In this document: piece after piece, positions 48,201-60,687 of the stretch
Layout of the letters: the number at the start of each line of letters is the position of its first letter
Position numbering within the stretch: the first letter of the stretch is position 1
From: Geosiphon pyriformis uo1
Lineage: Eukaryota > Fungi > Glomeromycota
Length of the DNA stretch: 64,000 bases
Direction: 5' to 3'
Assembly: GCA_016748015.1 (NCBI GenBank)
Contig: JAAOMT010000046.1
Span: forward strand, 186,001-250,000
The notes under the pieces: model-generated
Database searches by the model: none
What the model was told of the DNA's origin: nothing
The model's input: only the letters and a program-made list of their open reading frames with translations
Translations under genes and position numbers: made by a program

Positions 48201-49805
48201 ATTGAATAAAGAAATGATTGAAAAGTACAATGATACCTGTTATTGATTCTAAGAATCACTGAGTTGAGGCATAGAATAATAGCAGTGGTGTTATCTTGTT
48301 GACAATCACAGACTATTCCTCTACCTTCAGATTTAAGAAAAGATTAGCGACTGTGATTTTTATGAGACTGATCATGCACATTGAATTCCTACTTATTTAA
48401 TTCACTTCCTTATTGTAATTTCTTCTTTGTTTATTTCCATCACCATAGAATACTGTTCTCCCTTGCTATCCATTAGCTTGTTATTCCAACCCATAACAAT
48501 ATCTTCATAAATGAAATTGGCTATTGAGACTGCTATTTGGTCTGGGGTGGCTCTTGCTTCTACTCATTTTGTAAGTTAGTCAGTAGCTGTAATAATGTAT
48601 CTGTTGCCATTAGGAGTAATTATTAAAGGTCCAACATCTATACCAATTCTGTCAAATGGTTGACTAATAGAGATTGGATAGATATCTTCTTTGCAATTCA
48701 GTTTGTTTCTTCTTTGGCAGATGTCACAGGTTTTGATGTATTCAGCAATGTCTTTTCCCAAGGTAGGCCAATAATAGTGAGCTAAAGTTTTCTGAATTAT
48801 CTTTGTTTTTCTAAAGTGTCCAGCTAATGGGTTAGTGTGCATGTTGTATATTACAATTTCTCTTTTTTCAAATCTAATGACTCTTTGGGAGCAGTCAGAA
48901 TCTTTTCTGTTTCTTTTGTATAATTGGTTCTGGTGTATCATATAGAAATTTGATTGTTTTTGCAAATGTTCTCTTTGCTGTTGAGTGTATTCTGGTAAGT
49001 ATTATCCTTTACCCAAAAATTCCATTAAGGCAGAATAGTTGTTCAAGTCCATTATCATGTTTGTTTGTAAAGGAGTTACTAATAATTAAGTTGGTTTGGT
49101 TTGAGAGGTTGTACTATCACTGAATGGTAAGTCTAGAAAGAGTGTTGGCATTTTGATGATTTGCTCCTTTGTGGTGTTGAATATTATAGTTGAATTCATC
49201 CAAGTGAAGTATCCAGCAAGTTATTCATTTGTGTTCCAGCTTCTTTTTATTGCACAATCAAACTAAGGCTTGATGATCTGTTACCACTAAGAATTTTGCA
49301 CCAAGAAGATATTAATCCCAATAGCTAGTAGCCCAAACTACTGCTAAACATTTTTGTTCAGTAACTGAATAGTTCTTTTCTGCTGATATAAAGAATCTAC
49401 TGGCATATGCTATGGCATGTTCTCTGCCATTTTTATCTTTCTGTAAAAAGACAGCACTAAGTTAATAGCCAGATACATTAGTGTGGAGAATGAAAAGTTG
49501 ATCCAAATCTGGTTGCTTAAGAATTGGTTCTCTAACAAGTTTTTTCTTCAGAATTTCAAAAGCTTTTTGTTGATAAGTGCCTCAATGATAATTGACATTT
49601 TTTCTGAATAGTTAATTGAAAGGAAAGACAATTTTGGAGAAATCCTTAATAAATTTGTGATAGTAAGAGACCAAACCAAGAAAAGAGCATAGTTTAGGAA
49701 CATTCATTGGTTGTCTAATGTTTTGAACTTTTTCAACTTTAGTTGGGTCAAGAAAGATTTCATCTTTTGTAATAAGATAACCAAAGAACTGGGATGCTTT
49801 TCTAC
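39243..49805 (-). mobile_element. 5'-truncated Gypsy G3 in pieces 39243-41303 and 48499-~49805
   Basis: 3' LTR at 39243-39908, ORF3, IN split by G4, RNase H and part of RT. Cut by LINE-d. Confidence 0.9.
41304..48498 (+). mobile_element. Full-length Gypsy G4 (subfamily B) nested in the G3 integrase
   Basis: LTRs at 41304-41988 and 47857-48498, TSD ATAT. gag 42041-43340, pol from 43328, IN to ~47189, ORF3 47231-47887. Contains two N gaps. Confidence 0.95.
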
Positions 49806-52457
49806 AAAAAAACTTTTTTTTCTCTTTGACTGCTACCACACAATTTACTACGCCTTAAATTTGGAAAAGTAAGTTTTTGCAAAAAAACCTTTAATTATAA
49901 TAAATTATTACTATCACAACAGACTTAAAAGTGTCTGATAACAACGCCAACAGTGAAGTAACAACAGTCACACAAAGAAGTACAAGTGTAGAGACTATTG
50001 TTAGTGAATACCAAGTGGAAGGGAAAATAACTTCTGCTGCTAAAGGAGAAGACATTAATACTAATCCACATAGTTCATTGACTGTGGAAATTGCCAGACC
50101 TATTACACCTCCATTTAGATTTGAAACTACCAATAGACCATTTGGAAGTGTGAACACAAGTAGTAGAGACAATACACCCTTTAGAATAGCCAAAACATCG
50201 AAAAAAACAGCTCCACATAGGAGAGCAGCAGATTTTTCTTCGATAACAGCTAACAAATTGGAGGAAAAGGCCAACAAAAAATACAGACACATCGGAGGAT
50301 TAAGCATTAAAAGGCTAACTGAGAAATTCACCCAAATATCTGAAGAAAACTTACCCAAAACCACATTTGTTTGAACTGATACCCTTGTTTTACAGCCAAT
50401 GTTCAACAAAGAAGGAAATAGCAACAAATTTCAAATGGAAGCTTGGACTGGTAAAAAGGGAGCCTCAAAGTTCCTGAGAAAAATAGATGAACCATCCAAA
50501 GTGCCTAAAGAAGACAGAAACAGAGCTGCACAAATAAAAGCAGCTTTAAGAAAGTGCAATCCTGATATTTTGGACAGGATTAACAGAAGAAAGTCTACAT
50601 TGGAGAATGAAAAACAAATGGATGATCCATTTGATGCAAACAGAGATAAGCCTAATGCAGAGGATGTTGCAGAAAACATGGAAGAATCTGAATCAAGCCT
50701 ATCAAGCAAAATGGCTAGTCCAAGTCCAGGACAATACAGTAGTAAATCACTTGGCAAAAAACCCATGTCTGTGGAAGCAAACCCAGAGGAAGGATGGTAA
50801 ATGGTGGTCCATAGAACCAAGAGGCATGTACTTTTTGTACAAGCGTTGAATATACCTGAGAAAATCATGGGAAAGAAAGTGGGGTGGATCTATGATCTCT
50901 TGGAAGATGTCAATTACCTCTTGGGAGCTGTAATGGCTAGAAACCAAGAAATCAGAGTGAATTTTTCCCAAGTGGCTGGAAGAGACCAAGCCAGAAAAAT
51001 TCTGGCAGATAATGATATTGAATTATTTTTGATGGCTACTGATAGCGTCAACATCCAAATGGCTGGTCAGAAAAAGAGATATCCCCTTGGGCATCTCTAA
51101 CAGAGAGGTGAGAGCTGCTATAAAAGAATTTGGTGAGGTCAAAAAAATCCAAATCAGAGTGACTGGCAAATAGCAATCAGCAGTAGTTGAGTATAGCAAC
51201 CAAGAGAAAGCAACAAAAGCTGTAGACCAATGGTCGACCATGGTCAGAAAGGATGTGGTCAGAATTTACCTAATGATTGGAACCCAAAAAATCATAGAGC
51301 AGAGAAAAACTTGGGAAGCTAAATTGGTGAGCTTACTACAGAACTGTACTGCTCACTATTTGAGCACCACTTTGGATCTAATCAGTGCCTGATCCTGCTT
51401 CATCCCAAGAACTAGTAAAAATTACACAAAGATGAGCTGTGCTTATGTGGGATTTGACAGTGAAGCTAACTGCAACAATGCCACCAAAAAACCCTTGGTA
51501 ATTGGTGACACACTGGTCCACTGGATGCCTACTGATGCTAAAGAGTGCCACTTCTGTTACCAGGTAGGACATTTGGTTTCGATATGTCCAACCCTGCATA
51601 AGAAGAAAGAAGGAGATACCAAGAAAGTTACTAACAATATTAGGTTGGCAAAACTGTATGTTAAGAGGAATGTTTCAGAAGAAAACATCAAAGCTTTTGG
51701 TAGAAGATCATATGCTGATATGGCTGCACTCAGACTGCCCCATAACTGAAACAACAACAATTCAAACAATACTCAGAAACCTAGTTCACAAGTGAACAAT
51801 AGGGAAGAACAATCAAAAAAAGGAGGTAACCAACCATGGAAGAGTGAAATTAATGAACTAAAACAGCAGATTAATGAAATGGCAAAACTGCTGAATGCAG
51901 TTGCTGCCAAACTTGGAGTGACATTAGAAAAAGGTGAAAAAGTAATAGTTACTCAACAGCCAAGTGACACTTCAGAAGAAAAAGAAGTGGTAGAAATGGA
52001 GTTACCAAGCCAAAGTACTATATTGAAATCCAACCCAGTAGAAAAAAAGGAGGTATACAACCCAGAATTGGAAATTAAAGAAATTAAAAAAACTTTGGAA
52101 CCCATTCTGGAATTACTGAAGCAAGTGAAAAAACAGAGTAGCTAGAGCAGTTCTACTGCTAGAGAATCTAAATCTATGGAAACAGATGATGTGTAGCATA
52201 CTTAATTCCAACATAGAACAGAACTACTTCAATAACAACACTTGAAAAATTGGTACTGTTAATGTTAGGGGACTTAATAATCCTGGTAAAGCTGAAAAGG
52301 TGCTATGGTGGGTTATTGAGGAACAATTTGATTTTGTGATTGTTACGGAAACTAAAATAACTCCAACAAAAAAAAAGTGTGTATTTTTTGGTTCTGATGA
52401 ATATCATGCCTTTTGGGAATCAAGTACAGAGAAACAAATGGGAACTGGTGTTGGTAT

Positions 52458-53196
52458 TGTTACGGGTTGAAGTAACAAGCTAATGGATAGCAAGGGAGAA
52501 CAGGATTGTAGGGTGATAGAAATAATCAAAAGGGAAATTACAATAAGAGAGCAAATTGAATGAGTAAGGATTCAATGTATGTGATCAGTCTCATAAAATA
52601 TCACAGTCGCTAATCTTTTCTTAAATCTGAAGGTAGAGGAATAGTCTGTGATTGTCAACAAGATAATACTGCTGCTATTATTCTATGCCTCAACTTGGCA
52701 ATTCTTAGAATCAATAACAAGTATTGTTGTGCTTTTCAATTGTTTCTTTATTCAATGAATTACAAGAGCAAGCCAATTGCTTCTCAGGCTAATTCTAACA
52801 AATACAAATCAAGAAAGGGAAAAGATAAGGTATGTAAATGCCAACAAGTAGATACTTGAAGGTAAGGAAAGGGAAATAAGTGATATGAGAGGAAGTAATT
52901 GATATTGTTTTATTTCATTACTTTAATCATGTCTTTCTACAGCTAAGGGAATCATCGCTTATATAGCTATTTAAAGTGGTCAATGATCAGGTAAATGATC
53001 AGGTCAATGATCAGGTCAATGATCAGGTCATTGATCAGGTCAATGATCAGGTCAATGATCAGGTCAATGATCAGGTCAATGGTCAGATTATTGATCAGGT
53101 CAACAATCACTATCTAAAAATAGGGTGGCTAATTATATGACATCAGTGGTTAATACATGTGATAACTAATAAAAACTATGGGTTTTAACTGTAACA
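52458..53196 (-). repeat. Solo Gypsy LTR with TSD
   Basis: TSD GTAT at 52454-52457 and 53197-53200; the LINE EN sequence continues across it. Confidence 0.95.
52978..53108 (-). repeat. Tandem 12-bp array (GGTCAATGATCA)n in LTR U3
   Basis: About 10-11 units here, versus ~3-8 in other LTRs (e.g. 9820-9911). Confidence 0.9.
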
Positions 53197-53310
53197 GTAT
53201 ATTGGTCAAAAAATGTTGGATACACTATGTAAAAACAATCAGGGAGTTTCATAAGAGATTGTTGCATTTGGGATTGAAATTTAGAGGAAGAATCAATGTG
53301 CACATAGTAG

Positions 53311-56300
53311 TGTTACGGGTTGGAGTAACAAGCTAATAGATAGCAAGGGAGAACAGTATTGTATGGTGATGGAAATAAACAAAGGGAATTACAATAAGGG
53401 AGCGAATTGAATAAGTAGGAATTCAATGTGCATGATCAGTTTCATAAAAATTACAGTCGCTAATCTTTTCTTAATCTGAAGGTAGAGAAATAGTCCGTGA
53501 TTGTCAACAAGATAACACCACTGCTATTATTCTATGCCTCAACTCAGCGATTCTTAGAATCAATAACAGATATTGTTGTACTTTTTAATTGTTTCTTTAT
53601 TCAATAAATTACAAGAGCAAGCCAATTGCTTCTCAGGCTAATTCTAACAAATACAAATCAAGAAGGGGAAAAGATAAGGTATGTGAATGCCAACAAGTAG
53701 ATACTTAAAGGTAAGGAAAGGGGAATAAGCGATTATGAGAAGAAGTAATTGATATTGTTTATTTTGTTACTTTGATCATGTCTTTCTACAGCTAAGGGAA
53801 TTATCGCTTATATAGCTATCTAAAGTAGTCAATGACCAGGTCAATGATCAGGTCATTGATTAGGTCAACAATCACTATCTAAAAATAGGGTGGCTAATTA
53901 TATGACATCAGTGGCTAATACATGTAATAACTAATAAAAACTATGGGTTTCAACCATAACATCATCCTCTCCAAAGAGATTGAGCTCTGGCGAAATCAAG
54001 CTATTTATGGGATAGTCTATGTGAAGGGTTTTGTCTAACTCAAAACTAACTAGTTTGTTGAAGTCTTTTGTGAATAGGGTATATAATACTTGAGGTGAAA
54101 TAAGTTTTGTATCCAAGAGACCAAATCTTTGTATAAGTATTCTGGCTCTTTTAGCAATGGTCAAAACTCTTGGGACATCCAATCGTATAATGCCCAAAAT
54201 TTTCTTTTGTATCTCTGAAGTTGTTTTCTTTATGAGCTTCATGTCTTCTATGATTTCACCAAGACGACCATAGAATTCTAGTTGTCTTTCATATGACAAG
54301 TTTTTGTCTATGAGCAAGATTTCTTATATCATTTTTCCAATTGTGCTGGAAGGTGAAAGTATCACTGCTGTTATGCTTTCCAGCAGGTATTTATTCATTT
54401 TGCCACCAATTCTTTCTCTTCTGGTAGTTGTTTTCTTTGGTCTGATAACAGTGTGAGTTCCACTGTTGTCTGTTATGGTGGTTTGTTTTCCAATAGTCAG
54501 AGTAGCATTTGGATAGTTCTTGATCCAGTACTCATGGAGAGTATAGAAAGTGTTTTGAATGTTTTGATCCAGGAAATAATTGTTCATGTCGATTAAAGAT
54601 ACCTCTGTTTTGGAAATGGTGCATTTATTTATATCTGATTTTTGCTGATNNNNNNNNNNNNNNNNNNNNGGAAGGTGAAAGTATCACTGCTGTTATGCTT
54701 TCCAGCAGGTATTTATTCATTTTGCCACCAATTCTTTCTCTTCTGGTAGTTGTTTTCTTTGGTCTGATAACAGTGTGAGTTCCACTGTTGTCTGTTATGG
54801 TGGTTTGTTTTCCAATAGTCAGAGTAGCATTTGGATAGTTCTTGATCCAGTACTCATGGAGAGTATAGAAAGTGTTTTGAATGTTTTGATCCAGGAAATA
54901 ATTGTTCATGTCGATTAAAGATACCTCTGTTTTGGAAATGGTGCATTTATTTATATCTGATTTTTGCTGATCATTAGGTCGGTATTACTACAACAAGTAA
55001 CCAATCAGATCATTTATGATATTTCTTGAGTCGTGTGCCATGAACAGGGCGATCACTGAATATTGTTTCATATTGATCTTGTAGGATATATGAACCATTG
55101 TTCAAAACTTTGTTGACTATAAAAGGTCTTTTCCAGCGGCTGGAGAATTTATCACCATAGACATTGTCTCTGTCTAAATGGTATTCCAAAACTAAGTCAC
55201 CAACACTTAAGGAAAGTGTTTTATAGGTCTTTTTCTTTTTGAGCTTCTCTTGGAACTGTTTTATCTTTTCAAAGGCAATTATCTGTGCTTCTACCAATGA
55301 GTCAAGAATGGTACCAAGTCTTCTTTGCAAAATGTCCTTGTAATCTCCTATTGTTATTTCTTCAAAAGGTATTGTTTCTATATCTGTTTCTATTGGTAGA
55401 GTTGCCATTTGTCCATAGAGCAGATAAAAGGGTTCATAACTTGTTATGTCATGATTCACAGTTCTGTAGGCGAACAAAGCTGAAAGCAATACTTTGTCCC
55501 ATAGGTTGGTTTCTTCACTGGTTTTGGCTAGGGTTTCACATAGTGTTCTATTGAAACATTCCACTAGGCCATTTGTTTGGGGGTGATAAGAGGAAGAAAG
55601 TTTATGACATATTCCCATTTTTCTGCAAAGTTCTTCAACCAGTATACTGAAAAAAGCTCTTCCTCTATCAGATAAAAGTTCTTTGGGGCAGCTGTGGTGA
55701 CAGATAATATCTTCATAAATGAAATTGGCAATTGAGACTACTGTTTGATCTGGGGTGGCTCTTGCTTCTACCCACTTTGTAAGATAGTCAGTAGCTGTGA
55801 TAATGTATCTGTTGCTATCAGGAGTTACTGTTAAAGGTCCAACAACATCTATATCAATTCTATCAAATGGTTGACCAACAGAGATTGGATGGATATCTTC
55901 CTTGCGATTGGGTTTTCCTCTTCTTTGGCAGGTATCACAGGTTTTGATGTATTCAGCAATGTCTTTTCCCAAGGTAGGCCAATAATAGCGAGCTAAAGTT
56001 TTCTGAATTGTTTTTGTTTTTCCAAAGTGTCCAGCTAATGGATCAGTGTGCATATTGTAGATCACAATTTCTCTTTTTTCAAATCTAATGACTCTCTGGG
56101 GGCAGTCAAGATCTTTTTTATTTCTTTTATATAACTGGTTCTGGCAAATCAAATAGAAATTTAATTGTTTGTGCAAATGTTCTCTTTTCTGTCGAGTATA
56201 GTCTGGCAGGTATTGTCTTTTACCCAAAAATTCCATTAAGGCAGAGTAGTTGTCCAAGTCCATTATCGTGTTTGTTTGTGGGGGAGTTACAAATAATTAA

Positions 56301-59300
56301 GTTGGTTTGGTTTGAGAGGGTTTTACTATCACTGGATGGTAAGTCTGAAGAGAGTGTCGACATTTTGATGATTAGCTCCTTTGCGGTGTTGAATGTCATA
56401 GTTGAATTCATCCAAGTGGAGTATCCAGTGAGTTATTCGTTTATGTTCCAGGTTTTTTTTGTTGCGTAGCCAAACCAAAGCTTGATGATCTGTTACCACC
56501 AAAAATTTTACACCTTTAAAATATTTGTCCCAGTAGCTGGTAGCCCAAACTACTGCTAAGCATTCCTGCTCAGTAACTGAGTAGTTCTTTTCTGCTGGTG
56601 TGAGAGTTCTACTGGCATATGTTACAGCATGTTCCCTGCCATCTTCATCTTTCTGGGAAAGAACAGCACCAAGTTCATAGCCAGATGCATCAGTATGGAG
56701 GATAAAAGGTTGATCCAGATTAGGTTGCATGAGGATGGGTTCTGTAACTAGTTTTTCCTTCAGAATTTCAAATGCTTTTTGTTGATGAGTGTCCCAGTGA
56801 TAATTGATGTTTTTCCTAAGTAGCTGATTGAGAGGAGCAGCAATTTTGGAGAAATTTTTGACAAACTTGTGGTAATAAGAAGCCAAACTAAGAAAAGAGC
56901 ATAGTTCATGAACATTCATTGGTTGTCTAATGTTTTGAACTTTTTCAATTTTGGCTAGATCAGGGAAGATTCCATTTTTTGTAATAAGATGGCCAAGGAA
57001 CTGGGTGGATTGACGTCCAAAAAATGATTTGATTGGATTGATCTTGAGGCCAGCATTTCTAAGGAGGTCAAAAACTTTTTGCAAATGTTTAAGGTGTTCA
57101 TCCCAGGTTTTTGAGTATACTATTATGTTGTCCAAGTAGACTAGAACAAAGTTTTCTTTTACTGATTCAAATACTTTGTTCATTAAGCATTGAAAGATAG
57201 GAGGAACATTTGTGAGACCAAAAGGCATGACTGTAAATTCGTAGGTGCCATATTTGGTAATGAAGGCAGTTTTCTTTCTGCTTTCTGGATCCATCTCTAC
57301 TTGTCAGAATCCAGCAGTTAAGTCAATGGTTGAGAAGAAAGTGGCACCATGGAATTGGTCTAGTATTGCATCAATCTTGGGAAGTGGGTACATGTCTCTT
57401 TCAGTAATGGCATTTAATTGGTGATAGTCAACACAAAAGCATAGGGTTCCTCCTTTTTTGGATACCACTACAACTGGGAATGCCCATTTACTCTTGGTTT
57501 TCTGTATAAATCCAAGGTTTTTCATTTGGGTTATTTCCTTTTTAATAAACTNNNNNNNNNNNNNNNNNNNNNNNNNNNNNNNNNNNNNNNNNNNNNNNNN
57601 NNNNNNNNNNNNNNNNNNNNNNNNNNNNNNNNNNNNNNNNNNNNNNNNNNNNNNNNNNNNNNNNNNNNNNNNNNNNNNNNNNNNNNTGCCATTGACAATA
57701 ATTCCTTCTTTATCTGCCTTGATATTATCCAGTGGTTTGCCATTGCTGGTGAAAATGGTATAGACAAGTTCAGCAGTTTCTTTTTGTTCTTTTTGTTCTT
57801 CTTCTTCCTCACTTTCTTCATCATCTGATTCGTCTGATTCATTTTCTTCTGGGCTCTGCTTGGGTACTGGGGGAGTTGTCCAATGGTGACATTTAACCAC
57901 AATGGGTTTCTCACCACATCTGATGGTTAGTTCACAGAGTTCATAATCAAGCAAAGCTTTTGCTTTCTTGAGTCATTCATTGCCAACAATGATGGTGTAT
58001 TTTTTTGCTTCAGATACTTCCATATCAGTTTCAATGCTGATGCCATTGATGCGGACAGGAATAGCTTTGGCTATGCCAAGCCCTTTCTTCTTATCACCAT
58101 GCACATTGGTCATTGGTCATGTGGATGGTTCATCAATTTTTCTGCCAATTGCTTCAAGAAAGTATTTAGCAATAACACTAACAAATGATCCACTGTCTAG
58201 GATCAAATCAATGAAGTAGCCAGCCACTTGGGCTTTGCAAATTAGAGGAGTGACATTGCTATTGTTAGCAAGTCCAGCTTGGTGAGGGCATTTGTTGGTT
58301 TTGGGTGTCTTTTTCTTTGGAATCAGAGATTTGCGAAGATCTTTTCTGAATTGTGGATGGGTCATCAATTGGCCAAAGGTTATATGTGCTGGGGTTTCCA
58401 TGAGGTTTTTGACAACAGAATAGGGGCCGGATTTTTGTACTATTTCTGGGGGTTTCAACTTTGGAGGGTTTTTGAAAACTTTGGCTTTTGGGGGCTTATT
58501 GTTGTCAGCAGTTAATGTAAAAGCTTTATTGGGGTTCAGAACAAAATCAACTTTGGCTTTCTTCTTCTTTCTTGTGGATTCAGAGGGGTTGATTGCTAAT
58601 TCATCCATGTCATGGTCATCATCAGTTAAGTTAAAAGCAAAAAAAGGGTTTTCTTCTGGTTGGCTTGCACTCTCACCCTTTGGAGGTGCGCCTACCAGTT
58701 TAAAGGCTAATAAACAGTGGCTTCAACTAGAGGATCCTCTCCAAAGAAATTGATGTTGGCATGATTGGGTCTTTGGTTGGGCACATTGTTGTTGTTGGGT
58801 CTGTTGTTCTGAGCATCATTGTTTCTGGGAACTGGTGAAGGCAGTGGAGGATTGTTGCAATCTCTTGAAAAGTGTCCAGTTAATCCACAGCAATAGCATA
58901 CAGGTGGGCCACGATTTTGTTGTCTTTGATAAGGTGGTTGCTGGAGCTGATTGAAGCATGGTTCAAATCTGGGTCTTTGTGGTTGTTGATTTTCTCTAAC
59001 TGCTTGGGCTAAGGATTCTAATAACCGGGCAAGATTTGCTGTGAGTCTGTCTATTAACTGTTCATTTGGATCTTGAGTGTGAGTGGCAAAAGAAGTAGCA
59101 GCCATTTGAGGGGCAGGAACCATGACAGGAGCAGGAGCAAAAACTGGTAGTGTGGATCCCAAGTGCATCCTTTGGTTATTTTCAATTCTTTGTGCTAATT
59201 CAATGGCCATATCCATGGTGGGATTATCTTTCAGGGCCAGGAGGGGCCAAAGAGCATATGATAGATCAGTTCTCAATTCTTTTGTGAAGGAGTGAATTTT

Positions 59301-60687
59301 CTGCTCTTCTGTCCAATTTCTCCCAGAGTCTACATGTTTGATTAGCTTTCTAATAGCCTTGGCATATTCAGTCACTACTTCTCCAGGACCTTGGGTTCTT
59401 TTTTCCAATTCCATGTGCCATTTGGATATTAATATTGGGGTTCTGAACTTGGCCTCAAATCGGGTAGTGAAAGAGGTATTTTCTTCTCCAGCATTGATTG
59501 GTGTCCATCTGATTATTCTGTGTTGAGTATTGGCATCTGTTCTTTGTGAGAACCAGGTAGCAGGAGAGCCTTGGAGGTAGCCACCAACGATTTGGAACTT
59601 GTATTCTTCATCATACTGGTTGGCTGTGACAGTTCTCTCAAAATCATCCAACCATTCAATTGGATCTTGTGCATCACCTCTAAATAGTGGTAATGGAGAA
59701 TATAAGAGCTGATTGATACTGTTGTTTCTTTCTTCAAAGTCATTTTCAAAATAAGCTTGGTCAAAGTAATAGGTTGTATAAGCTGTGTAGGTTTCAGCTG
59801 AATGCTCGTTCAGAAACCAGTTCCAAAAGTCTTGGAATTGTCTGCTGGATTGTTTTTCAAGGGGGAAGCAGATCAAGCAGGAGGGCAGAGGATTAAGTTC
59901 AATAAAATCTAGGTCATTTCTGTTGTGTGCTGCAAAGTGTTCTTCTGATTTCTGTGACAGATATGAGTAATCACCCATACAATGAGGGAATAAGTGAATT
60001 TTGACAACTTCACAGGGAGCACCACTTTTATGTTACGGATAGTAAGGGAGAACAGTATTGTATGGTAATGGAAATAAACAAAGAGGGAATTACAATAAGG
60101 GAGTGAATTGAATAAGTAGGAATTCAATATGCGTGATCAGTCTCATAAAAATCACAGTCGCTAATCTTTTTTTAAATCTGAAGGTAGAGGAATAGTCCGT
60201 GATTGTCAACAAGATAACACTGCTGCTATTATTCTATGCCTCAACTCAGCGATTCTTAGAATCAATAACAGGTATCATTGTACTTTTCAATCATTTCTTT
60301 ATTCAATGAATTACAAGAGCAAGCCAATTGCTTCTCAGGCTAATTCTAACAAATACAAATCAAGAAGGGGAAAAGATAAGGCATGTGAATGCCAACAAGT
60401 AGATACTTAAAGGTAAGGAAAGGAGAATAAGCAATTATGAGAGGAAGTAATTGATATTGTTTATTTCGTTACTTTGATCATGTTTTTCTACAGCTAAGGG
60501 AATCATCGCTTATATAGCTATCTAAAGTAGTCAACGACCAGGTCAATGATCAGGTCAATGATCAGGTCAACAGTCAGGTCATTAATCAGGTCAATGATCA
60601 CTATCTAAAAATAGGGTGGCTAATTATATGACATCAGTGGCTAATACATGTGATAACTAATAAAAACTATGGGTTTCAACCATAGCA
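53311..60687 (-). mobile_element. Full-length Gypsy G5 (subfamily B)
   Basis: LTRs at 60031-60687 and 53311-53961, TSD GTAG. gag 58692-59978, pol 56329-58704, IN ~54950-56263, ORF3 53931-54587. Confidence 0.95.
55010..56263 (-). CDS. G5 integrase, near-intact stand-alone ORF (417 aa)
   Basis: Has its own ATG, HHCC, DVVG/SDRG/LVE motifs and KFSSRWKRPFIV..VHGTRLKKY. Confidence 0.85.
   Translation of the reverse strand: MDLDNYSALMEFLGKRQYLPDYTRQKREHLHKQLNFYLICQNQLYKRNKKDLDCPQRVIRFEKREIVIYNMHTDPLAGHFGKTKTIQKTLARYYWPTLGKDIAEYIKTCDTCQRRGKPNRKEDIHPISVGQPFDRIDIDVVGPLTVTPDSNRYIITATDYLTKWVEARATPDQTVVSIANFIYEDIICHHSCPKELLSDRGRAFFSILVEELCRKMGICHKLSSSYHPQTNGLVECFNRTLCETLAKTSEETNLWDKVLLSALFAYRTVNHDITSYEPFYLLYGQMATLPIETDIETIPFEEITIGDYKDILQRRLGTILDSLVEAQIIAFEKIKQFQEKLKKKKTYKTLSLSVGDLVLEYHLDRDNVYGDKFSSRWKRPFIVNKVLNNGSYILQDQYETIFSDRPVHGTRLKKYHK

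Noticed and set aside
52978-53108. CRISPR-like array or nuclear-receptor (AGGTCA) elements
   Set aside because: These are head-to-tail 12-mers with no spacers, inside an LTR. Nothing supports a nuclear-receptor context.
54348-54969. ~300-bp direct duplication of the ORF3 start
   Set aside because: Apparently identical copies flank a 20-N gap in an otherwise diverged landscape, which indicates a scaffolding artefact.
59690-59705. Spliced-out intron explaining the short G5 gag
   Set aside because: The missing segment has no GT-AG boundaries and occurs in only one copy.
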